From: Candidatus Hydrogenedentota bacterium | Lineage (GTDB): Bacteria > Hydrogenedentota > Hydrogenedentia > Hydrogenedentales > SLHB01 | NCBI GenBank assembly: GCA_029974275.1 | Contig: JARKSN010000313.1 | Coordinates: 22,525 to 86,524 of the forward strand | Direction: 5' to 3' | Length of the DNA stretch: 64,000 bases | In this document: positions 48,488 to 56,579 of the stretch, piece by piece | Layout of the letters: each line of letters starts with the position of its first letter | How positions within the stretch are numbered: position 1 is the first letter of the stretch | Notes under the pieces: generated by a model | Told to the model about the DNA's origin: nothing | Database searches by the model: none | The model's input: only the letters and a program-made list of their open reading frames with translations | Position numbers and translations under genes: made by a program

Positions 48488-49831
48488 TCAGACCGAGACA
48501 GAGTCCGCCTCCTCCGGTTGGCGGACCGCCTTTCGGTCGCAACGACGGTCCCAGTGCCCCGTGATTCTTCCCGCGGCATCGTCGCGCTGGAAGAGATATG
48601 CAGGACAAATCGCGACGACGACAAATACGCCAAGAACCACAAAAAACGTGCGCTCATCAAAAATGCTGCTGCCTGCAAACAAAGGAATCGTTATGAAGAC
48701 AAATTGCGCCGTCGCGTTGGTCTCGAAAAAATCTTCCAGATCGCGACGTCCGCGCCGCCAATAGAGACGCAACAGCATCCACACAAACACGATCGGGCAA
48801 AGAAGACCTTGCTCCATGGCGCGGGTGAGCGCGTCGCTGTGCGCCGACAAACGAATGACGCCCGTTTCCTGGTAATGGGAGTCCGCGCCAAACCCGTGGC
48901 CCAACAAAGGCTTCTGCATGACAAGATCCCAATAGACGGCTTGCGTTTCCATTCGCTTTTGAACGCTTATGTCGTCCTCTACGCCGCCCTGCGGATTCAA
49001 CTTAAGGCTCAGCATGGCCTGCATGCGATCAATCAAATCGACTTCGCGACGAACCGTCGTGCTGCCCACGCGAGAAAGGTAAAGATTCAGCGCAGCCGCC
49101 GCGCCCCCTACGCAAATCGCCAAGACCCCAATCGTCACGAGAAGCCTTCCGCTAAACAGCCGGCTTCTCCATGAATGCCCAAGAATGAGCGCCCCCGTCA
49201 CGCCCGCTACGAGTATGCCGCTGCGAGAGCCCGTAACGAGTTCCAGCAGCAAAAAACCGCCGATGGCCGCCACATCGAACAAGACCCCCTTGCGTTGACG
49301 CAAAGCGTACCACGCAATAAACAGGAAACCTATGCTTACGGCGAGAGAATTCGGCTGCAGAAAAAAACCGAAGGGCCGGCCCATGTAGTCCGTCCGGGCA
49401 TTTGCCAGATCGGCGACCGCTGTGAAATGACCCGGCGCGATCAAACTAAGCGCCATGCCCGCGATGGTGATTAGGAGACTCGCGGAAAATGCGCGGCGCA
49501 GGGAAGGCAAACCGTTGGACAACGCATAGACCGCAACGCCGAAAAACAGAGTGGCGTTGTATGCCAACAGGCCAATCTCGCGAGCGTTGATCGTTGGCGA
49601 GTACAGAAGCGTCAACAAGGGCCACGCCAACAAAACAAAGAGCCACGCGCCAAAATCGCCCCGAAGCAAAAGAGGAGCCGTTCGCCTCGCCTTAATCGCC
49701 AAATAAAAAAGGTTCAACGCGAACAAGACGGCGCTGATCTCTCCGATCGAAACATGCAACGGCAACGCCGCGAACCGAAAGATCCCCGTTGCATTCAAGA
49801 CAATCACGACAAAATAAATCGCATCAACCAT
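48488..49831 (-). CDS. O-antigen ligase / Wzy polymerase-family membrane protein
   Basis: Multiple TM helices; GFFLQPN, TGSRSG, PLLGHG, AHSD. Confidence 0.8.
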   Translation of the reverse strand: MVDAIYFVVIVLNATGIFRFAALPLHVSIGEISAVLFALNLFYLAIKARRTAPLLLRGDFGAWLFVLLAWPLLTLLYSPTINAREIGLLAYNATLFFGVAVYALSNGLPSLRRAFSASLLITIAGMALSLIAPGHFTAVADLANARTDYMGRPFGFFLQPNSLAVSIGFLFIAWYALRQRKGVLFDVAAIGGFLLLELVTGSRSGILVAGVTGALILGHSWRSRLFSGRLLVTIGVLAICVGGAAAALNLYLSRVGSTTVRREVDLIDRMQAMLSLKLNPQGGVEDDISVQKRMETQAVYWDLVMQKPLLGHGFGADSHYQETGVIRLSAHSDALTRAMEQGLLCPIVFVWMLLRLYWRRGRRDLEDFFETNATAQFVFITIPLFAGSSIFDERTFFVVLGVFVVVAICPAYLFQRDDAAGRITGHWDRRCDRKAVRQPEEADSVSV

Positions 49832-50044
49832 GTGTGTCGTCGTTCATAGGGCCGCCCTTGCGAAGCGCATGTCCGCTCTCCTCGTCATCGGGCGTAGTGT
49901 AGCATGTTTTCGCCGTCATGTTCAGGGGGCGAAGAAGATAAACTTGACCCAGGAAGTCCTGTTCCGATCTGCGCCAGGGGCGAGCAACGCGGTTCGCGTT
50001 ACAAAAACGCCTTGCCAATAGAGGGGATTTTTTGAGGCGGCCGG

Positions 50045-50159
50045 AAAAAGGAGAGGAGCCGCTTCGAGAACACTAACCACTCACTGGGCCGTCTAGGCCA
50101 CTCCGTTAGTCCTATGCGGGGCTCTCGCCATGTTGTTCTCGGAGGCGGCTCCTTCATCC
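50045..50159 (-). ncRNA. Candidate orphan structured small RNA
   Basis: Promoter TTGCCT-17-TACAAT (extended TG) at 50194-50166; ~20-bp 5'/3' closing stem; GGC-GAGA-GCC hairpin; ACTAAC/GTTAGT stem; followed by U5. Confidence 0.55.
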
Positions 50160-50303
50160 ACCCTTATTGTAGCATGAGCCACCCAAAAAGGCAAGGAAGG
50201 CAAATGAAAAACTTCAAAAAAACCGGCGCGAAAAATGCTGCCCTTTACGCCAAAACTGCGCCAAAATATCAGCCCCCGCAACGCGCTCGACCTGTCAACG
50301 TCT

Positions 50304-51080
50304 CTACTCCGTTCGGGCATCGCCCGCGTCAGGAACAGCCAGCGCCGCAGCCAACACATCGACGCGCGACACGCCCGCCTTGCGCAAAACCTTGGCGCAT
50401 TCGCTGACCGTGCCGGAGGTGGTGACCACATCGTCGATGAGTAGCGCTGTCTTGCCTCGAAGGTGGACGCCGTCTTGAACGCCGAACGCCCCCACAACAT
50501 TCGCGCGGCGCTCAGAAGCGTTGGTCAAGCGACTTTGAACGCGCGTGGGCCGAAGACGGCGGAGAGATTCGTCCGGCTTGGCGTTCGGGAAAAACGGCAA
50601 CAGCTCGTGCATCAACAACCGGGCCTGATTGAAGCCGCGGTCCCGTTCCCGCACGCGATGCAGCGGCACGGGCACAAGATAGTCGTACTGCTCGGTCTCC
50701 ACTTCGCGCGCGACAAATTCGCCCATCATCGCCGCCAGGGGCCGCGCCAGACGTTGTCTGCCGCCGAATTTGAACAGTTTGATCGCGTCTTCGACCGCCC
50801 CGGCGTACACCGCAGCCCCATAGATGCGCCCATACGGTCGCGCACGGGCCGAGACCTCGCGGCAGTCCGCGCAAGGAAAATTGTGGAGCGTGCCGAAACC
50901 CACCGCTCCCTCGTGCGGCCGTCCGCAAAGCGTGCAGAAGGGCCGTTCCACGCGCGGACTCCGCTCCCAGCAGACGGGACAAAAGAAGCCGTTTTCCTCG
51001 GTCAGCAAGCGGATGCCGCATCGTTTGCAGAAAATTGGCAAGATCAAATTCTTCAGCGTCAACGTCCAGAACCCGATCAT
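50304..51080 (-). CDS. comF: ComF-family phosphoribosyltransferase-like protein with double zinc ribbon
   Basis: CxxC pairs; VPVPLH...RGFNQA; LIDDVVTTSGT. Confidence 0.9.
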   Translation of the reverse strand: MIGFWTLTLKNLILPIFCKRCGIRLLTEENGFFCPVCWERSPRVERPFCTLCGRPHEGAVGFGTLHNFPCADCREVSARARPYGRIYGAAVYAGAVEDAIKLFKFGGRQRLARPLAAMMGEFVAREVETEQYDYLVPVPLHRVRERDRGFNQARLLMHELLPFFPNAKPDESLRRLRPTRVQSRLTNASERRANVVGAFGVQDGVHLRGKTALLIDDVVTTSGTVSECAKVLRKAGVSRVDVLAAALAVPDAGDARTE

Positions 51081-51090
51081 GCCCTCGTCC

Positions 51091-52809
51091 TCATGCGCAT
51101 CCCCCCCGCTCCTCGCCCAACAAAATGCGGTGCTGACGCAAACGCTCGGCATCCGTGCGGGCCACGTGGATCGGTCTGCCCGCAACATCTTTGCCGGCGA
51201 CATACATGGCTGTCGCAACCGATCCCGGCGTGGGCACAAAGCACTGCACCTGCTTGGGCCGCCAATTCATCGATCGCAACCAGTCGGCCAGCGCGCGCAT
51301 GTCATCCTCGGTGCAGCCCGGAAACGCGCTCATGAGATACGGCACAATGTATTGACGCTTGCCGGCCCGCTGCGATTGCTCCTCGAAAACGCTGAGGAAC
51401 CGCTCAAACACCGTGAAACGCGGTTTGCGCATGAGATCGAGCACCGATGGCGCGCAATGCTCCGGGGCGAGTTTGAGTTGCCCCCCGACAAAGTTGGACG
51501 CCAGGTCGCGGACATAGGCGGGATTCTGAAGCGCCAGGTCGTAACGCACGCCGCTGGCAACGCGCACATGACCCATGCCGGGCACGGCCGAGATGCGCTG
51601 GAGCAAACGCGCGAGTTCGCCTTGTCCGTCGCGGAAACTCGGGCATATTTCCGGCGTGAGACAACTGCCGCGCCCGCAGTTTCGCGGATCGGCCGTGCAT
51701 CGTGAAGCCCACATGTTGGCGCTGGGACCTCCAATATCCGAGAGGCTGCCTTTCCAATCGGAATGCCGCGTCAACGCGCAAATCTCGTCTTCGATCGACT
51801 TCGCGGAACGCGAGGCGATGTGACGCCCCTGGTGCATTGCGAGCGAACAGAACGAACACCCGCCGCCGCATCCGCGATGGGTGGTGACGCTGAACTGAAT
51901 CATCTCGACGGCCGGAATTCGTTCCGTATAGGCGGGATGCGGTTTTCGCGTGAACGGAAGGCCATAGAGACGATCCAGCATCTCTTGCGTCAATGGCGCG
52001 GCGGGCGGCGCAAAATACACGCGGCGCCCGCCCGATTCCTGCGCAAGCCACGGACCGCCATGATGCACCTGTTGCTCGATCGCCAACGTCGCCGGCATGA
52101 GCGCCTCCGGATTCGCCACGATCTCCTCGTGCGACGGCAAGTCTTCTGTTTCCGGCGGCGCGACGTAACCGCGGGGTGGAACGAAAACAGTGCCCGGAAC
52201 GCCGCACAAAGCATCGAGCGGACGTCCCGCGGCGCTCTCGATACGGCGCGCTATCTCCAGAATCGCGCGCTCACCCATTCCATACACGACCAGATCGGCC
52301 TTGCTATCCAGAAGGATGGAGCGACGGAGTTTGTCCGACCAAAAGTCGTAATGCGTCGCGCGGCGCAGCGAAGCCTCGATGCCGCCGATCACCACCGGAA
52401 GCCCCGGAAACGCGTGACGCACAAGATTGGCATAGACCATTGACGCGCGGTTTGGCCGGGCCCCGTGGCGATCGCCGGGCGTGTAGGCGTCATCACGGCG
52501 CAGTTTGCGAAAGGCGGTATAGTGCGCGAGCATCGAATCGAGCGCGCCGGCGGCAACGCCTGCAAATAGCCTCGGGCGGCCCATGCGCGCAATATCCTCG
52601 GGAGAATCCCAACGCGGTTGCGCGACAATCCCGACGCGGTATCCGTGATCCGCCAGCCAGCGCCCCAACAGCGCCGCGCCAAACGCGGGATGATCCACAT
52701 ACGCATCGCCCGTCACGAGCAAGATATCCAACTCGGACCAGCCGATCCCGTTCATCTCCGCGCGTGTCATCGGCAACGGAGACGCCGCATCGATAGCTGT
52801 ATGATTCAT
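51091..52809 (-). CDS. YgiQ-family radical SAM protein
   Basis: VTGDAYVDHPAFG, GGIEASLRR, HRGCGGGCSFC, DIGGPSANM. Confidence 0.93.
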   Translation of the reverse strand: MNHTAIDAASPLPMTRAEMNGIGWSELDILLVTGDAYVDHPAFGAALLGRWLADHGYRVGIVAQPRWDSPEDIARMGRPRLFAGVAAGALDSMLAHYTAFRKLRRDDAYTPGDRHGARPNRASMVYANLVRHAFPGLPVVIGGIEASLRRATHYDFWSDKLRRSILLDSKADLVVYGMGERAILEIARRIESAAGRPLDALCGVPGTVFVPPRGYVAPPETEDLPSHEEIVANPEALMPATLAIEQQVHHGGPWLAQESGGRRVYFAPPAAPLTQEMLDRLYGLPFTRKPHPAYTERIPAVEMIQFSVTTHRGCGGGCSFCSLAMHQGRHIASRSAKSIEDEICALTRHSDWKGSLSDIGGPSANMWASRCTADPRNCGRGSCLTPEICPSFRDGQGELARLLQRISAVPGMGHVRVASGVRYDLALQNPAYVRDLASNFVGGQLKLAPEHCAPSVLDLMRKPRFTVFERFLSVFEEQSQRAGKRQYIVPYLMSAFPGCTEDDMRALADWLRSMNWRPKQVQCFVPTPGSVATAMYVAGKDVAGRPIHVARTDAERLRQHRILLGEERGGCA

Positions 52810-53039
52810 TGCGTTCTTTCCTGGGCGCTTCCCATTGAAGTCTGTCTTCAGGATACCCATTCCCCGCCGCAGAACGAAACCCTGAAGCGCCTCCCTGGAG
52901 CAGTGCAACACACCCGCACAATGGATGGAAGACGACCCGCTGCCAAGTGCAAGTTTGGGTTCGAACACATGTCTACACTATGGGGCCGGGGCTCTGAAGC
53001 AAAAGCGTGAGGCCGAGACGCAGTAAAGGAGTGCCAAAC

Positions 53040-53447
53040 ATGGCAATCATACGTAGTCGCGCAAGCCGGTTTTCTATTAATATGGCGAACGATGTGCTGA
53101 GCAAGATTGACCGAACAAGAGGGGCCTGGTATGAGACGGAAGAGGAAATCGCGGCGGGCGTGAAATGGGGCCGCGAGAAAGCGCGCCTGTTGCGTTGGGT
53201 GCGGAGCCAGATGACCATGCGGCTCACGCTGAGGGAAAGGCGTTGCGTGGAATTATATTATTTCGAAGGATTGACCTTTCGCGAGGCCGCCCATCGCACC
53301 GAGACAAACGCCACATCGGTCTATCGCGCCGTTCAACGATCGCTGCGTAAGCTGCGCCAAGCCGCCGCCGAAAGCGAAATCAGCAATCATCCGCCTCGGA
53401 AACGTCGCGTCCTGTCGTCCGGCGCACGAAAAAAAATCTTCCCATAG
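53040..53447 (+). CDS. Small protein with sigma-70 region 4 HTH only
   Basis: RBS AAGGAG; LTLRERRCVELYYFEGLTFREAA...SLRKLR. Confidence 0.75.
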   Translation: MAIIRSRASRFSINMANDVLSKIDRTRGAWYETEEEIAAGVKWGREKARLLRWVRSQMTMRLTLRERRCVELYYFEGLTFREAAHRTETNATSVYRAVQRSLRKLRQAAAESEISNHPPRKRRVLSSGARKKIFP

Positions 53448-53480
53448 CGGCATTCTCGGAAAGCCGGGATCGGCGAAACC

Positions 53481-54731
53481 CTACTCGGCGATCAAGATGC
53501 CTGCAACGCATGCCGTCATGAAACACGCGAGCGTGCCGCCCAAGAAGGCCTTCATGCCAAGCTGGGTCACCTCGGCGCGGCGCTGCGGCACGAGGGCATT
53601 GAATCCGGCGATCATGATGCCGACGCTTCCAGGATTCGAGAATCCACAAAGGGCATACGTCGCAATCATGACGGCGCGCGGACTGAGGGAATGATCCGCG
53701 ATGCACTGTTTCAATCCCATATACGCCAGAAACTCGTTCAACACGGTTTTCGTGCCGAGCAACTGGGAGAAAACCGCAATATCGCGGGAAGGAACGCCCA
53801 TCATCCACGCAAACGGACGGAAAACATATCCTATAAGGTCCACAAAGGTCATGCCGCATAAAGCGCTCAACGCCGCATTCAGCATGTATACAAGACCTAT
53901 GAATACGATGATCATCGCGCCAACATGCAACGCCATGTTCAATCCATCCGACGCGCCCCGAGCCACGGCATCGAAAACATTATGGGTTTCGACAGGAGCC
54001 TGAATGCGCCCCGCGCCCCGTGTTTCGGGTTCGCCGGTTTCTGGAATCATGATTTTCGCCATAACAATGGCTGCGGGAGCGCTCATGAGCGAAGCCGTGA
54101 GCAAATGACCCGGCTCCGCGCCGAAGGTTGCGTACACGATCATCACGCTGCCCGCAATCGTCGAGAGAAAAGCTGTCATCACCGTCAACAATTCAGATCG
54201 TGTAAGTTTGCCAAGATACGCGCGAATGCCGGTGATGGATTCAATGCCAAGAAAGACGAACAGGCCCGCTGCAAAGGTTTCCGCGCCGGAAGTCCTCAAC
54301 GTGCGGCGCATGACCCATGCAATCCCATGCACCACGACTTGTATCACGCGCAGATGATGCAGCATGGCCGTGACGGCGGAAACGAAAATAATGACAGGGA
54401 GCACCTGAAACGCGAACATCGCGTTGATTTCGAGATCGCCCGAAGCGCCCAACACAGCGTCTTTGTCGATGGTAATGGGGCCCGTCAGCTTGCCAAAAAC
54501 AAACCCCGCCCCTTCCAGCGTCGCGCGCGTGAGGAAATCGACCATCCAACGCATCGAAACAAAAACCGCGTTCTCTACAGGCGTGCGCAACATCACAACG
54601 CCAATGGCGATTTGAAGGCCAATACCCCATGCCGCTAACCGCCAATCCACGCGACGGCGATTTTCCGAAAACAACCACGCCAAGGCCAACATCGCCGCCA
54701 ACCCGCATGCGCTTACCAATCGCAATCCCAA
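53481..54731 (-). CDS. nupC: Concentrative nucleoside transporter (NupC/CNT family)
   Basis: AWLFSENRR, FAFQVLPVIIF, TSGAE, KTVLNEF, YALCGFSN. Confidence 0.92.
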   Translation of the reverse strand: MGLRLVSACGLAAMLALAWLFSENRRRVDWRLAAWGIGLQIAIGVVMLRTPVENAVFVSMRWMVDFLTRATLEGAGFVFGKLTGPITIDKDAVLGASGDLEINAMFAFQVLPVIIFVSAVTAMLHHLRVIQVVVHGIAWVMRRTLRTSGAETFAAGLFVFLGIESITGIRAYLGKLTRSELLTVMTAFLSTIAGSVMIVYATFGAEPGHLLTASLMSAPAAIVMAKIMIPETGEPETRGAGRIQAPVETHNVFDAVARGASDGLNMALHVGAMIIVFIGLVYMLNAALSALCGMTFVDLIGYVFRPFAWMMGVPSRDIAVFSQLLGTKTVLNEFLAYMGLKQCIADHSLSPRAVMIATYALCGFSNPGSVGIMIAGFNALVPQRRAEVTQLGMKAFLGGTLACFMTACVAGILIAE

Positions 54732-54780
54732 AACCCAGTCCCCTTTTCCGCACGCGATGAAACCGTCTATTGAAACGTCG

Positions 54781-55887
54781 CTAGATGCGAATGGGCATGA
54801 TCACATTGACGTAATTGTCCACGCCCGTGTCGTTCGTCGGCTTCAACAATCCCGGGCTCATTCCATCCTTCAGCAACAAACTCACCTGGTCACTCTCCAC
54901 GCGACGCAATACATCAAGGACAAAATCTGGATTGAACGCGATTTCCACCTTTTCACCTTCGTATTCCGCGTCCATTTCTTCGTTGTATTCACCCACCTCG
55001 GGGGTCACCACCTTCAGCGACATAGTCCCCTTTGAAAGCCCAAAACGAACGGAATTGAACTTGTCGTTGGTCATGGTGCGCGTGCGTCGAACGCCCTCGA
55101 TAAAGGTCGTCGTCTTTAGCACCGCTTCCTTATCATGTTTCTTGGGAATGACCATCTCATAGTTGGGGAACGTGCCCTCGATCAATGCCGTGATCAATCG
55201 AATGTTCCGGAATGAAAAAGCCGCCTGGGCCTCGTCGATAAACACTTCCACGTCGTCGTCATCGCTCAACAACCGTTCCAGTTCGGAAATCATCTTTCCG
55301 GGAATGATTACCTTCATGGAAATGCCGCTCGGAATGCCTTCCCGCTCCACATACAAACTCATCCGCCTGCCGTCCGTCGCGACAACCGTCAAATTCCCGC
55401 CCTGAATCTCGAACAACAACCCTGTCAAATTGTAACGCGCCTGATCGGAACAAATGGCAAACGACGTCTTGCTGAATATCTTCTTTAGCGTCTGCTGGGA
55501 AAGCACCAAGGGCTCGATTCCCTCAAAAGAACGGACAGGCGGAAATTCTTCCGGAGACATACTGAAAAGCCGAGTCTCGATTTTTCCACAATTCAAATAA
55601 ATAACGCTATTATCCCCCAACACTAGCGTCATTTCTCGATCGGGCAACTCCGCCAAAATAGAACTTAACCGCTGCGACGAAACCGTAAGCGACCCCGGCT
55701 CATCCACCTGACAGTCTACGACACATTCGATACTCACCTTGAGATCCGTCGCCGTCAAACGAAGACAAGCGTTTCCGGTCTCCATCAAAATGTGGGAGAG
55801 AATGGGCAGCGCCGATTTCGCCGCCACAACCGTCTTGACCTTGTTCACGGCGTCAAGCAGTTCACGACTGGAAATAATGACCTTCAT
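54781..55887 (-). CDS. dnaN: DNA polymerase III beta sliding clamp
   Basis: LPILSH, LTATDL, VATDGRR, LIEGTFPNY, IAFNP, VIMPIR. Confidence 0.97.
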   Translation of the reverse strand: MKVIISSRELLDAVNKVKTVVAAKSALPILSHILMETGNACLRLTATDLKVSIECVVDCQVDEPGSLTVSSQRLSSILAELPDREMTLVLGDNSVIYLNCGKIETRLFSMSPEEFPPVRSFEGIEPLVLSQQTLKKIFSKTSFAICSDQARYNLTGLLFEIQGGNLTVVATDGRRMSLYVEREGIPSGISMKVIIPGKMISELERLLSDDDDVEVFIDEAQAAFSFRNIRLITALIEGTFPNYEMVIPKKHDKEAVLKTTTFIEGVRRTRTMTNDKFNSVRFGLSKGTMSLKVVTPEVGEYNEEMDAEYEGEKVEIAFNPDFVLDVLRRVESDQVSLLLKDGMSPGLLKPTNDTGVDNYVNVIMPIRI

Positions 55888-55899
55888 GCTTCGTCTCTC

Positions 55900-56510
55900 C
55901 TTTGTGGACTTTTCACAAGAATGTGCTCTTATGAGTCTCTTTTATATATATAATTAGTGTTAATAACACTAGGACTTGTGGAAATGTGGATATCTACGTT
56001 ATCCTATTGTAAAAAAATAAGTTACGATGTAAGTAACGCGTGAATTATCCGCTTGGATTATTCAGGTTTTCCTCAAATTCAGAAAAGAGCTTCGTGGAAT
56101 ACATTTTTTCTTCTTTTTTTTGTGGAAAACGAATGCATGTTATCCCAAAAACAAAGTCGTTTTCTCCACAATACTACACCACTTCACCTAAGAAATTGTT
56201 CCACGCGTTTGACAAAAGTTATCCCCACGCCGTGCCCTATGTTCCATGGAACAAAAACAACCATTCCCCGGATTCATCCACGCATTTCCACCCTCTCATC
56301 GTTGGATGTTCCACGGAAAAAAATCGCCAGAAAAATATCTTCACAAATCATTATGTTTCATGGAGTTACAATGAAGCAACCAAATTTTCCAGTAATTTAC
56401 ACCTTCTCAGTAACCCCAATCCATAAAACTTTTTATCGCTGAAGGAAACAGTTCTTGCCCATTTTGCTTTTCACAAAGAGGCTCTTTTCCACAGGTTATC
56501 CACAGAGTGC
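55900..56510. other. Probable chromosomal replication origin (oriC)
   Basis: AT-rich intergenic region; TTATCCACA 56496-56504, TTTTCCACA 56485-56493, TGTGGAAAA 56121-56129, tandem boxes at 55977-55993 next to trio-like and AT tracts. Confidence 0.8.
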
Positions 56511-56579
56511 ATTCTCCCGCGCCCATGCTAGCAAAGGCATGAAATGAAAGCAACTTCGCCGCGACGCCCAATCCCCCAA

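Noticed and set aside
50045..50159. Assignment of the orphan RNA as SRP (4.5S), 6S or Y RNA
   Set aside because: It lacks the SRP CAGG-GGAA-AGCA motif, is short for 6S, and has no Ro/TROVE gene nearby, so it is left unassigned.
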